Notes: generated by a model not told the origin, from the sequence alone. A stretch of DNA of 64,000 bases from a virus (IMGVR_UViG_3300032312_001422:32001-96000), one strand, 5' to 3'. Positions 17,980-28,075 are shown, counted from the first letter of the stretch. Program-made: numbers and translations.

Positions 17980-19098
17980 ATGTCTGACGTATGTTCTATA
18001 TCCTTTGCACTGGATCCCACTAATACTCCTAGTTTTTTATTAGACTGGGAAATTACCAAACGCTGTAATCTCGATTGCACGTATTGTGGTCCAACAGAAC
18101 ATGACAACACCACAGAACACCCGCCCCTAGCTGAATGTTTACAAAGCATAGACTTTATGTTTGAGTACGTTAGCGAGTATATGCAACACATCAAGCCTAA
18201 TCAACGTAAAGTTATTTTAAATGTGTATGGCGGTGAAAGCCTATTTCACCCAGACATTGTTCAAATACTAGAACAGGTTAGAATCAAATACCGACCCTAT
18301 GCCGACCAATGGTACTTAACCGTTACCTGCACAACCAATGGGGTAGTGGGGGAAAATCAATTTGGAAAGATTGTTCCCCTGGTAGATTACTTTTCAATGA
18401 GTTATCATGCAGAGGGATTACTCAAACAACAAAAATTATATTTTAACAATTTGCTCGCACTAAAACAAGCCAACAAGCCCACCAAAGCAATCATCATGAT
18501 GCATAACACACGCTGGAAAGATAGTGAACGTGCTATTGAATTTTGTAAAGAACACAGCATCAATTATCTGGCCAAAGTAGTAGACACACCTGCAGACAAA
18601 GAATGGAAGTACAACAATACACAACTTGACTACATGAAAATGTTTTGGGTAAGTAAGTCTGAGTTTGACTCTAACAAGAACATGTTGGAGCAAGGACGTG
18701 CCTGTTGCGGCGGACGAAAGTTAAGCACCAATGGAAACTTACGAGAAGCCATTACGTTTGTTCCTAGACAAGGATTTCGTGATTGGTCGTGTAGTGTAAA
18801 CTGGTACTTTTTATTTGTAGAACAGCTTACTGGACAGGTCTATACCAACAAAGATTGTAAAACAAGTACTACAGGACGAGTTGAGCCTCTTGGCACCATC
18901 AACAACTATCGAGAGATTATTGACACAGTTCGACAACAGTTTGCCGCAGGCATGCCTGTTATACGTTGTGTAAAAGATCGTTGTGCTTGCGGATATTGTG
19001 CACCAAAGGCTGAGTCGCCAGCGGAGTTTTTAAACTTGCTTGGCCGCCATGTTGTCGATTTGAGGATTTTTGACAGTGACAAGACCAAATCGATGTAA
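17980..19098 (+). CDS. Radical SAM protein
   Basis: CNLDCTYC motif, YGGESL, Cys-rich C-terminus. Confidence 0.85.
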   Translation: MSDVCSISFALDPTNTPSFLLDWEITKRCNLDCTYCGPTEHDNTTEHPPLAECLQSIDFMFEYVSEYMQHIKPNQRKVILNVYGGESLFHPDIVQILEQVRIKYRPYADQWYLTVTCTTNGVVGENQFGKIVPLVDYFSMSYHAEGLLKQQKLYFNNLLALKQANKPTKAIIMMHNTRWKDSERAIEFCKEHSINYLAKVVDTPADKEWKYNNTQLDYMKMFWVSKSEFDSNKNMLEQGRACCGGRKLSTNGNLREAITFVPRQGFRDWSCSVNWYFLFVEQLTGQVYTNKDCKTSTTGRVEPLGTINNYREIIDTVRQQFAAGMPVIRCVKDRCACGYCAPKAESPAEFLNLLGRHVVDLRIFDSDKTKSM

Positions 19099-19770
19099 CA
19101 GTTTAATATAAGTCCAGCCCAAGTCCCATTCCCACTTTTTTACACTGAGTTTTGCACTGGCTGGATCTGCGTGATGATTGTTGTGTAGTTCTTCGCCGCC
19201 GATGAAAAACGCCCAAGGCACAATGTTAGTACTGTAATCTTTGGTCTGTGTGTTGCGATATCCCCACCAATGCCCAAAGCCGTTGACAACACCAGCAGCC
19301 CATAAGGGGATCCAAATCATCTGCCATAGCCAAGGTAACCAACCCCAAGCCCAACCAAATATCATCGAGTTTATAAAGAACATTAGGATTATGCCCACAA
19401 AGTTAAATCTTGTGTAGATATTCCGTTCAACCCAGTCATTGGGTGTACCCGCCCCATAAGATTCAACCATTTGTTTATCTTTGGCAGCATCAGCATAATA
19501 AAAAGCACCACAAAGAAATACCTGCCAAATGCCAAATACGTGTGGGCTATGCGGGTCGCCCTCTGCGTCAGTGAATCTATGATGTTTGCGATGTGTAGCT
19601 ACCCATTGTTTTGTGACCATGCCCGTGGTTAACCACAACCAGAATCGCATGAAATGTTCTACACGAGAATCAAATGTGACACCGCGGTGTGCTTGACTTC
19701 TATGTAGATATAGAGTAACGCAAGCAATGGTGATGTGAGTCATCACCAGAATGTATATTAATAAGCCCAT
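19030..19770 (-). CDS. Membrane fatty-acid desaturase (delta-9-like)
   Basis: His boxes HRSQAH, HRKHH, HNNHH; GEELHNNHHADP. Confidence 0.9.
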   Translation of the reverse strand: MGLLIYILVMTHITIACVTLYLHRSQAHRGVTFDSRVEHFMRFWLWLTTGMVTKQWVATHRKHHRFTDAEGDPHSPHVFGIWQVFLCGAFYYADAAKDKQMVESYGAGTPNDWVERNIYTRFNFVGIILMFFINSMIFGWAWGWLPWLWQMIWIPLWAAGVVNGFGHWWGYRNTQTKDYSTNIVPWAFFIGGEELHNNHHADPASAKLSVKKWEWDLGWTYIKLLHRFGLVTVKNPQIDNMAAKQV

Positions 19771-19782
19771 CTAATACTTATG

Positions 19783-20103
19783 CTATCCGTTACCGCCAGT
19801 GGCTTCTTTGTCGTCGGATGTTTTTTCTATTTTATTGATGGCTTTTTCAGCTTCTACACGCTCGTACTCTATGGTTTTACCGCGTAGGTGTAACACAGTA
19901 TTGACCTTTTGATTCAACCGAATTAGATCGTTGTCCAGCATACGTATGCGGTCAATAAGAGCAATAAGCACAGTATTGGCGTCTGATATAACTGGTTTGA
20001 CTTCTTTTGTGGCCCATTCCCAAACATATTTGATGATGTAACCCATGCCAACTGCCATAACAATGGGAAAGCCATATTTGTTGATTAATGATACAATATC
20101 CAT
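19783..20103 (-). CDS. Small membrane protein with GFPI motif (YvrJ-like)
   Basis: INKYGFPIVMA; paralog of 20430-20711. Confidence 0.6.
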   Translation of the reverse strand: MDIVSLINKYGFPIVMAVGMGYIIKYVWEWATKEVKPVISDANTVLIALIDRIRMLDNDLIRLNQKVNTVLHLRGKTIEYERVEAEKAINKIEKTSDDKEATGGNG

Positions 20104-20249
20104 TATGCTATCACTCCCACAATAACGCCTGCTATAAATGCTATAAATGCAAATTTGGCTAAATCCATATCAGTCCAAATAGCCCGACCTTTTAAATATT
20201 CTTTTGTTGATGGAGACAAGTTGTCATACCATTGTTGCCATTTATTCAT
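20103..20249 (-). CDS. Small C-terminally anchored membrane protein (48 aa, absent from ORF track)
   Basis: MNKWQQWYDNLSPSTKEYLKGRAIWTDMDLAKFAFIAFIAGVIVGVIA; overlaps both neighbours. Confidence 0.5.
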   Translation of the reverse strand: MNKWQQWYDNLSPSTKEYLKGRAIWTDMDLAKFAFIAFIAGVIVGVIA

Positions 20250-20430
20250 TGTCGACTCCGTCTCTTAGAAATTTTTCCAATGGATCAACTTTGACCAGCA
20301 TAGCACGACCATTGATGTTTTTGACTTGAAAATAATCGCCGTTGCGCCATCCCAACTTGTCAATGTTGAGCTCGGCATCTAATAATATTCTATTAGGTTC
20401 TAAGTCCCAATCGTAGTCGTAATATTTCAT
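20242..20430 (-). CDS. Small hypothetical protein (AbrB-like beta fold possible)
   Basis: LGWRNGDYFQV pattern. Confidence 0.5.
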   Translation of the reverse strand: MKYYDYDWDLEPNRILLDAELNIDKLGWRNGDYFQVKNINGRAMLVKVDPLEKFLRDGVDNE

Positions 20431-20711
20431 TAATCTCTCCTGGCGTCATTTTTGCCGTCGGCACGAGCAATACGATCTGTATCAGGCTTTAATCCTAATG
20501 CATTAGATACAATAGTGTCTATACGGATAACATCATGATTCATGGTTTTTACACGATTGTCTAAGGCTGTGATAATGCCGGCCATACCTTTGATAGAGGA
20601 CAATACGCCAGCTAATAACAGTTTGATTGTGAGATATACAAAGTAGCCACCAGCGAGTGCGGCAGCAATTGGAAAACCCAGATCTCCGATGATCTTAAAT
20701 GCTTCATTCAT
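20430..20711 (-). CDS. Small membrane protein with GFPI motif (YvrJ-like)
   Basis: IGDLGFPIAAA; LDNRVKTMNHDVIRI parallels LIDRIRMLDNDLIRL of 19783-20103. Confidence 0.6.
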   Translation of the reverse strand: MNEAFKIIGDLGFPIAAALAGGYFVYLTIKLLLAGVLSSIKGMAGIITALDNRVKTMNHDVIRIDTIVSNALGLKPDTDRIARADGKNDARRD

Positions 20712-20756
20712 ACTAGCTCCTTGAACGTCAACTTGAGTTGATCTATGTACAAGTAT

Positions 20757-21971
20757 TTATTGTTTGAGGCGAGTTTTTACTTCTGTCAAATATTTAGGAG
20801 TTAATTCAAAGCGAGTATGATATCTGCTATGATTGTTTGGGTGCCTACCATTGTTAATGCGGCATAATATATGTTCGAAGTTATCCACTAACTCATCCAC
20901 AATCAAGTCTTTGAATGTGGTATAAAAGTGCGTGAAGTTGTATTCTAATGTTTCTTGCATTTCTTGGTGCATTTGTCTAAGCAACGCCGGAGACATAGCA
21001 CACAGTTTGGCAAGCTCAAATGTAATTTTTTCTATGCGTACATAATGATCTGTTTCTTCATCGTAACTTTCGTCTATCCATCGATCAAATGTGCGAAATC
21101 CGTAACTCTTTAAATAGGCCAAGTTACCTGGCGCGGCCACCAAAAAGAATGGACGTTTTGCCACAATAGGTTTAAACACTTTTTCTGTTAAGTGTAGTTT
21201 ATCTTGGAAATAAACAGTCTCTGTAACCACATGGAACAGGGCACCAGTTAAATCCTTAAAGTTAACTTTTGCACTCATTTCTCCTGTTGGTGCATCGGTA
21301 TCTATAGTCAATGGTTCTACTACATTTTTTAATGTTTGATATATTTTTACTCTAGCACGATTATCTAACGAATTGTCTGAATCTTCAATGGTTTCTTTCC
21401 AGCCCGAATGAAATAGACTGACCTGCCCGTGTTTGATCAAATCCTGTTCTATTAGATTGCTAACGAGATGTAATCGATAGGAACGATATTTTGACGTCAA
21501 ATGATTATAACATATAAATACTTTATCAAATCGATCAAATGATTCAGGTTCAAAATATTGAAAATCTCTGTACCAATCTAATGCTGCGAAACCGTGAAAG
21601 AAATAATACCAATCGTATAAGCGATTAGCTTTAACAAAATTATTTTTTAATTCAGATTTTTCACTGTTAGCAAGTATATTAAGTCGGGCAACTCCGTGAA
21701 AACTATTTTCATTAACTAAAAATGATTTTTTAATAATTGGAAGAGTATATTCGTAATACGGTTCCTGATCAAAGAAATATGCGTGTACCCAGGTTCGGGT
21801 AAATTGACTATTCTGATAATCAAAATCTTGTGTTATTGATGCCGACGAATCGTGTAAAATAGTTCTGTGCTGATACGTTCCAAATGGGTAAAAGTATACG
21901 CTTCGACTATTCCCAAATTGGTTGATCAAGTTGTTATGAAGAATGTTGTAAAATTTGTCTAAGGAAAACAT
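20757..21971 (-). CDS. Hypothetical protein, EKTxKPI paralog family
   Basis: VTET...TEKVFKPI...GFRTFDRWIDESYD. Confidence 0.65.
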   Translation of the reverse strand: MFSLDKFYNILHNNLINQFGNSRSVYFYPFGTYQHRTILHDSSASITQDFDYQNSQFTRTWVHAYFFDQEPYYEYTLPIIKKSFLVNENSFHGVARLNILANSEKSELKNNFVKANRLYDWYYFFHGFAALDWYRDFQYFEPESFDRFDKVFICYNHLTSKYRSYRLHLVSNLIEQDLIKHGQVSLFHSGWKETIEDSDNSLDNRARVKIYQTLKNVVEPLTIDTDAPTGEMSAKVNFKDLTGALFHVVTETVYFQDKLHLTEKVFKPIVAKRPFFLVAAPGNLAYLKSYGFRTFDRWIDESYDEETDHYVRIEKITFELAKLCAMSPALLRQMHQEMQETLEYNFTHFYTTFKDLIVDELVDNFEHILCRINNGRHPNNHSRYHTRFELTPKYLTEVKTRLKQ

Positions 21972-21974
21972 TAA

Positions 21975-23198
21975 ATGAACGTAGGCTTTATAGGTTGTGG
22001 AAAATTAGGAATGGCTTGTGCTGAAACTATGGCAAGCAAACACGATGTCACTGGTTATGATATTTATCCGGTAAAAAGCGACAAAATAACTATTGCATCC
22101 ACTTTGCAACAGGCAGTGGAAGGCAAAGAGTTGATCTTTATTGCTGTCCAAACTCCGCATGATCCCATCTACGGTGGCGATCAACCAATTACTCATTTAA
22201 AGAACAAAGACTTTGATTATACTGTAGTCAATGATGTATTACGTCAAGTAAATGAATTTGCAACACCTGAGCAGTTAGTAGTTCTTATCTCCACAGTTCT
22301 TCCCGGCACTACACGTAGAGAACTGAAGACAAACATTACCAAGGCACGTTTCATTTATAACCCATACTTAATCGCAATGGGATCAGTAGAGTGGGACATG
22401 GTTAACCCAGAGATGGTTATCATTGGCACTGAAGATGGTAGCGAGACAGGCGATGCTCGCTTATTGACCGACTTCTATAATACATTAATGGAGAACAATC
22501 CACGTTACGTAGTGGGCACGTGGGACGAGGCTGAATGTATCAAGGTATTTTATAATACATTCATCTCGGCAAAGATTGGCCTGGTAAACATGATCCAAGA
22601 CGTAGCTGTCAAACAAGGCAACATCAATGTGGATGTAGTCACTGATGCATTGGCCAATTCAACCATGCGGATTATGGGACCCAAGTACATGACAGCAGGA
22701 ATGGGAGATGCAGGGCCATGTCATCCTAGAGATAACATTGCCTTGCGTTACCTTGCAGAAAACTTGGATCTAGGATATGATATTTTTGATACCATCATGA
22801 AAGCACGTGAGATTCAAGCCAAGAATATGGCACGTTACATTTATGATAACCGTACAGGACTTCCCGTTTACATCCACGGCAAGGCCTATAAACCCGGTGT
22901 GGCTTACCTAGAAGGCAGTTATAGTTTGTTGGTAGGTAGCTATTTGAAACAAATGGGTATAGACCCTTATTATATTGATCCGTTAACCGATCCAGCGACA
23001 GTACCGGCCAGTGTTGTGGGTTGCGTGTTGCTGGCACATAACCAACAGGTAACGTATGGCTATGCCGGTGTTACCGATAGACAACCACTGTATTCTGAAA
23101 TACTCAGTGGTAGTATTGTTATTGATCCATGGCGCAAATATACCACAGACAACAAAGAAATTTGTGTTATACACTACGGCAACACAAGACATCAATGA
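21975..23198 (+). CDS. UDP-glucose/GDP-mannose dehydrogenase family
   Basis: GFIGCGKLG Rossmann motif, STVLPGTT, YNPYLI, K..YN.F, AGPCHPRD. Confidence 0.9.
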   Translation: MNVGFIGCGKLGMACAETMASKHDVTGYDIYPVKSDKITIASTLQQAVEGKELIFIAVQTPHDPIYGGDQPITHLKNKDFDYTVVNDVLRQVNEFATPEQLVVLISTVLPGTTRRELKTNITKARFIYNPYLIAMGSVEWDMVNPEMVIIGTEDGSETGDARLLTDFYNTLMENNPRYVVGTWDEAECIKVFYNTFISAKIGLVNMIQDVAVKQGNINVDVVTDALANSTMRIMGPKYMTAGMGDAGPCHPRDNIALRYLAENLDLGYDIFDTIMKAREIQAKNMARYIYDNRTGLPVYIHGKAYKPGVAYLEGSYSLLVGSYLKQMGIDPYYIDPLTDPATVPASVVGCVLLAHNQQVTYGYAGVTDRQPLYSEILSGSIVIDPWRKYTTDNKEICVIHYGNTRHQ

Positions 23199-23701
23199 TT
23201 ATAAACTATAATATTGACGTATTTTGGGATGATGAGTATAAACATCTCAACTATCTTGACGAGCCGTATAATGATCCCGCAGCCACACCACTGTGGTTAA
23301 GTCAAGGCTACTCTCCCAAAATCAACGGCGGACTGTGCGACATGCGTCATCCCCAACCAAGCTGGAATCATAAATTTATAAAATTTTACGAAAGCATGGG
23401 ATGGAAAGATATTGGTACAGCATATTATTGTATGAGCACTGGTACAATAATGCCAGTACATCAAGACCACTATAAAAAATATATAAGCGTTTTTAATTTA
23501 CAAGGACAAGAACACACAATACATAGAGCCATTGTTTTTCTTGAAGATTGGGCCAGTGGCCATTACTTTGAAGGTAACAATATAGCCTACACCGGTTGGA
23601 AGGCAGGCGCTGTGGCAGAGTGGTGTTATAATTTACCGCACATGGCTGCAAATATGGGGTTAACTCCTAGATACACACTTCAAATAACAGGTCATAAATG
23701 A
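23195..23701 (+). CDS. Putative Fe(II)/2OG-type oxygenase (cupin fold)
   Basis: MPVHQD...PHMAAN.G...RYTLQITG; start moved to ATG overlapping upstream stop. Confidence 0.55.
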   Translation: MIINYNIDVFWDDEYKHLNYLDEPYNDPAATPLWLSQGYSPKINGGLCDMRHPQPSWNHKFIKFYESMGWKDIGTAYYCMSTGTIMPVHQDHYKKYISVFNLQGQEHTIHRAIVFLEDWASGHYFEGNNIAYTGWKAGAVAEWCYNLPHMAANMGLTPRYTLQITGHK

Positions 23702-24618
23702 TATCAAGCTACAATGAATGGGATCCAATTCGTTCAGTAGTAGTGGGTAGTGCAAAGTACGCAAACTGGCCCAGTCAAGATCCAGTGTTTTCTAGAGAAG
23801 CAGAAAAAACAACCTGGAAAGAAACACCGGTTCCCAGCGGACCAGTGCCAGACCATATTGTCAACGAAGCCAACGAAGATCTTAACGAACTAGCCCTTAC
23901 ACTACATCGTCTTGGTATACACGTTATTAGACCTAGTCCACGCAACTATCCTGTAACAGGAGGCATGTATAACTATTGTCCCAGAGATAGATTGTTAATC
24001 TATGGTAGCACCATTGTTGATCCTGCTATGATGTATCCGTGCCGTGATCAAGAGATTATTTGTTTAGAAGAAGTAACACACAAAAGCCACGACATTAGAG
24101 TAATGCCTAGAGATGCGGGCATGGTGTTTGATGCAGCCAATGTGTGTAGACTAAATGATACCTGGTTATACCTTGAAAGCGACAGTGGAAATAGACGAGC
24201 ATATGAATGGTTGTGTGATCAATTTCCTGCGGTTACTATAGAACTAGTTAACTTCTACTCTGGTGTGCATATTGACAGTACTATTGTTCCCCTGCGTGAA
24301 GGACTTGTTATGCTAAATGCCAGTCGTGTCTCAGAAGCCACAGTTCCCAAATGTTTGCAAAGTTGGGAAAAGATCTGGGTACACGATGTGGTAGCACAAG
24401 ACTTTTACAAGTACCCGTATGCCAGCAAATGGATTGCAATGAACATGTTGGTTGTAGATCCCAGCACAGTCATAGTAGATCGACACCAAGTAGAACTTAT
24501 TAAAACATTAGAAAGTCATCGATTCACAGTTATTCCCTTAGAACTGCGTCATAGTCGCACTTTGGGTGGAGGATTTCATTGTGTGACATTAGATTTATTG
24601 CGTTCTAGCAATAAATAG
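23698..24618 (+). CDS. Amidinotransferase (pentein superfamily)
   Basis: SYNEWDP, YCPRD, DAAN, HIDST and GGFHCVT catalytic motifs. Confidence 0.9.
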   Translation: MISSYNEWDPIRSVVVGSAKYANWPSQDPVFSREAEKTTWKETPVPSGPVPDHIVNEANEDLNELALTLHRLGIHVIRPSPRNYPVTGGMYNYCPRDRLLIYGSTIVDPAMMYPCRDQEIICLEEVTHKSHDIRVMPRDAGMVFDAANVCRLNDTWLYLESDSGNRRAYEWLCDQFPAVTIELVNFYSGVHIDSTIVPLREGLVMLNASRVSEATVPKCLQSWEKIWVHDVVAQDFYKYPYASKWIAMNMLVVDPSTVIVDRHQVELIKTLESHRFTVIPLELRHSRTLGGGFHCVTLDLLRSSNK

Positions 24619-24622
24619 TAGT

Positions 24623-25351
24623 ATGACTTTTTCAGACTACACAGACGCGGTTCTTTCCGCTTTGATTTTTAATCCCCGCTTTGACGATGTGGTTGCACGT
24701 AAGCAGGAGATTCTTGACGGGGTTTATCGTACTGAAAATCTTGAACCGACCACGATTTTGTTTGTTGGATTCAATCCTGCTATTTTAAGTTGTCGAGCCA
24801 AAACTATTGCAGTTACAGAAATTAGTGACACAGCACAGGCGTTTCTTAAAACACACAATGTAAAATTTAATTACATTGATTCTGCAGATTTATCAAAATA
24901 TCAAAAACAATTTCAATGTGTTGTAGCAATGGATGAGTATTTCACCTTTGCTGACAGCGATCAAGCCCAGCAAGATAAAATAGCTAAAATTTGTAATTTG
25001 GCCACAGCATTTGTGGTAAGTACTATACGTGATTATAAAAACCAAGACTACAAAGATCGTGAATTTAGTCAACCAGTGGCAGTTAGAAATGGCAAAGACA
25101 CTAGAATTTTTTTAGAAAATCACAACTGGGATCTGAAAGATCGTACAAGATGGGACACCATGATTTACGAAATCGAAGAAAGCAGTTTAAAAACATACGG
25201 TATATTTGATCGTCGCACTATGTTTTTTAAACAGTTAGCAAAGTTTAGTATGGACGCAGGAGCCGTGAATTTCCTCGTGCATAAAAACCTGATGTACAAG
25301 AGTCTAATCAAAAAGAACTACGAGCATGTAGTTAGCATACAATTCGAGTAA
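24623..25351 (+). CDS. Hypothetical, possibly degenerate methyltransferase fold
   Basis: TILFVGFNP, FQCVVAMDEYF; TAAATA core upstream. Confidence 0.5.
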   Translation: MTFSDYTDAVLSALIFNPRFDDVVARKQEILDGVYRTENLEPTTILFVGFNPAILSCRAKTIAVTEISDTAQAFLKTHNVKFNYIDSADLSKYQKQFQCVVAMDEYFTFADSDQAQQDKIAKICNLATAFVVSTIRDYKNQDYKDREFSQPVAVRNGKDTRIFLENHNWDLKDRTRWDTMIYEIEESSLKTYGIFDRRTMFFKQLAKFSMDAGAVNFLVHKNLMYKSLIKKNYEHVVSIQFE

Positions 25352-25353
25352 AA

Positions 25354-26619
25354 ATGGATATTGACCAACACGTAAATCAAATAGTACAAAATCTAGTAAC
25401 AGAAATAACAACAAAAGTCCAACAGCAAGCTGCGGCCGCTGTTGAATCTAAAATTGCTGAAGTACTAGCGGCCATTGACACCAACACCATGTTGGCTGAA
25501 CGTCTCAGTCAAAAAATTGATGAGCGTCTGAGTCGTTTGCCAATCGATGCAAAAACTATACAATCAGAACTGACTGTCAGAGTCAATGATCTGGCTACAA
25601 ATTTGGCCACACAAGTTCAAAATAAATCCATACAAATAGTCAACGACACAATTCAACAACAAGTCAATGCTATTAATTTTCAAGAGTTGTGCCAAGCTTC
25701 GTTGATAACTGCTATACAATCCAATAGATTTTCTTTTCCCGACGCTAGTGTTCCGGGCATTGCAGTTGATGTCAGCACATTACGTGTGTCTGGGGAAAAT
25801 ATCACCGGCGGCATTATTAAAAGTTTTGGCAGTACTGGTATTGACGACAAAGCCACTGCTTGCCAATTGAGCATATTTGATGATGTAACTGTGATAGAAA
25901 ACAATTTGTTAACCCAAGACCTAACAGTCAAGGGCACCACAACAATTGAAGGAGATTTAGTTGTGACCGGTACGGTACCGAGAGATTCTGCTATGTTTGT
26001 CAGTCTAGTAGATTCTGTGTCCCTAGAAGTCAAAAACGGACTCAATCATGATGTGTTTAGTGGTTTCAGTGATTTGGTATTCAAACAGATACGTGACAAC
26101 GGTCTGGACCTTAACAAGATCACACTAAACGGCACCGAAATTGTCAACGGCGGCAATCTTTCCAACAACATCACGTTCAGTAATCTACAACGTGTGGGTA
26201 CTCTAGCAGAACTTCGTGTAGGCGGCGAAAGTTTGTTAAGTCAAACCTTATATACCACCAACAAACGTGTGGGTATTAACACAGTTGAACCGGCACATGC
26301 ACTCAGCATCTGGGATCAAGAAATTGAATTTGGATTCAGTAAACGTGAAACCAATGTGGCAATATTTGAAACTCCAAGAAATCAAAAACTAATTATCGGT
26401 ACCAACGGCAAAAACAACCTGACACTATTACCCGACGGAAGTGCCGCAGTTGATCGTATTAGCGTAGGTGCCGTGGTATTGTCCAGTGCCAGTGTGCCAC
26501 CAAACTATGATGCACCGCACGGTGCTATTGTGTTTAATTCAAGCCCCACCATTGGCGGACCATTGGGTTGGGTAAGTCTAGGCGGCGCCCGCTGGGCTAA
26601 TTTTGGATTTATTGATTAG
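25354..26619 (+). CDS. Putative virion structural protein
   Basis: N-terminal coiled coil; RVGINTVEPAHALSI fibre-type motif. Confidence 0.5.
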   Translation: MDIDQHVNQIVQNLVTEITTKVQQQAAAAVESKIAEVLAAIDTNTMLAERLSQKIDERLSRLPIDAKTIQSELTVRVNDLATNLATQVQNKSIQIVNDTIQQQVNAINFQELCQASLITAIQSNRFSFPDASVPGIAVDVSTLRVSGENITGGIIKSFGSTGIDDKATACQLSIFDDVTVIENNLLTQDLTVKGTTTIEGDLVVTGTVPRDSAMFVSLVDSVSLEVKNGLNHDVFSGFSDLVFKQIRDNGLDLNKITLNGTEIVNGGNLSNNITFSNLQRVGTLAELRVGGESLLSQTLYTTNKRVGINTVEPAHALSIWDQEIEFGFSKRETNVAIFETPRNQKLIIGTNGKNNLTLLPDGSAAVDRISVGAVVLSSASVPPNYDAPHGAIVFNSSPTIGGPLGWVSLGGARWANFGFID

Positions 26620-27728
26620 TCAAACAACACGTGGGCCAGTGTGCCACTGAATTCTCGATACCAGTCACGTCCCATCATTACATTATAATTATGATCTACA
26701 ATGTCTCTACATTGGGCCAGGATCTGTTCTTGTGGCTGTTTGCATAACCACTTTAGTTGTTCTAATGCTGCATATTGACGTGTGGGATAGTGTTCTATTT
26801 CGTCATAACTTTCGTCAATGATGGTATCAAATGTTTGAAATCCTAGATCACGCAACATGGCCAAGCTGTATCTATTAGCAACCATGACAAATAATCTACG
26901 TGCCAAGATTGGTTTAACTGTTTTTTCTGTAAAGAACACACAGTCATTGTCACAGTTGGTTTCGCATACTAGACTGTATGCTGTTTGATTATAGATATTC
27001 AATGGCATGACCTGACTCAAACTCATAGTGTGCCCATAATACTTGACAGGCTCCACAGTCCATTGAACAGTCTCTTGTTCGGCTAATCCTTTGTCTTCCC
27101 ATATCCACTCTTTATCAGTTGTTTTTTGAAAGTCAATGTCATGAGTGTTTATATAAGTTACTATGCCCTTGTCTGCCAGACCTTGTTCGTGTATGAAATC
27201 ATACGCACGACTGCGATGCCGCTTTAAGCGACCAAGCAAGGCATCAAACATCAGGGGTTTAGGTTCGTAGGGATTCAATTGATATAAGGTTGTGGGACGC
27301 ACATGTTTATAAAAATGTACTGTGGTTGTAAACCAGTCTAGGAATGTGTATGTACGGCCGTTGTTCAATGGAGGAGTCAATCGCCCACACAGGAACCAAC
27401 GCATCTTAGGTAAGTCATGACGACGTATAAAGTCCACTGTGGATGCGTGTAACTCACTGCCAAGGAGAATTATCATATCTACATGATTGTAGATATCGGC
27501 TATTTCTTGGTCAATAATATTGTTTTTTGGATAGTTCGGATCACCGTAGGGGTACGGGACCTGAAAACAAGCAACTCGCCTGCTGTGCTTGGACTCAATA
27601 AAACGATCTACATCGTTATAGTAACTCCAATCATCAGCTGGGCGACCGCCTAGTTCTTTAAAATGAAACCTAAAAATAGGATTAGAACGCTCTGGGAAAT
27701 AAATCCCAACATCCTGAGTTGCTACCAA
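26616..27728 (-). CDS. Hypothetical protein, EKTxKPI paralog family
   Basis: VCET...FTEKTVKPI...GFQTFDTIIDESYD. Confidence 0.65.
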   Translation of the reverse strand: MVATQDVGIYFPERSNPIFRFHFKELGGRPADDWSYYNDVDRFIESKHSRRVACFQVPYPYGDPNYPKNNIIDQEIADIYNHVDMIILLGSELHASTVDFIRRHDLPKMRWFLCGRLTPPLNNGRTYTFLDWFTTTVHFYKHVRPTTLYQLNPYEPKPLMFDALLGRLKRHRSRAYDFIHEQGLADKGIVTYINTHDIDFQKTTDKEWIWEDKGLAEQETVQWTVEPVKYYGHTMSLSQVMPLNIYNQTAYSLVCETNCDNDCVFFTEKTVKPILARRLFVMVANRYSLAMLRDLGFQTFDTIIDESYDEIEHYPTRQYAALEQLKWLCKQPQEQILAQCRDIVDHNYNVMMGRDWYREFSGTLAHVLFD

Positions 27729-27971
27729 TTATTTTTTAGCAGTTGTAGTTGCTTTTTTAACAGCAGTCTTGGCTCGGGTTGCTGTAGTTTTAGCTTTGGT
27801 TGCAACTTTTTTAACTTCGGCTTTTACTTCGGCTTTTACTTCTTCAACAACAGCCTGTGCTTCAGCTTGACTAACATGTCCGTCTTTGTTGACGTCGGCT
27901 TTTTTGGCGAATGAGGCAAAAGCAATGTATATGATTCCTAATGCCAATACTAAAACGATGATTAATTCCAT
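27729..27971 (-). CDS. Membrane-anchored protein with EF-hand loop and Lys/Ala-rich tail
   Basis: TM helix, DVNKDGHVSQAE, VKAEVKAEVKKVATKAKT... Confidence 0.6.
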   Translation of the reverse strand: MELIIVLVLALGIIYIAFASFAKKADVNKDGHVSQAEAQAVVEEVKAEVKAEVKKVATKAKTTATRAKTAVKKATTTAKK

Positions 27972-28046
27972 TTTTAGATCTCCTTAATTGATGGATAGTA
28001 TTATTTAGTAGGTGTTTTATGACAACAATATTTTTGCCCAAAAAGG

Positions 28047-28075
28047 TTGCATTTTGTTGCAATGCAATATATAAT
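28047..28075 (+). promoter_or_regulatory. Sigma70 promoter with palindromic operator in spacer
   Basis: TTGCAT (28047)-N17-TATAAT (28070); TGTTGCA-A-TGCAATA at 28055-28069. Confidence 0.6.

Noticed and set aside
27825-27850. Tandem DNA repeat TTCGGCTTTTAC x2
   Set aside because: It simply encodes the VKAE-VKAE peptide repeat of the 80-aa protein
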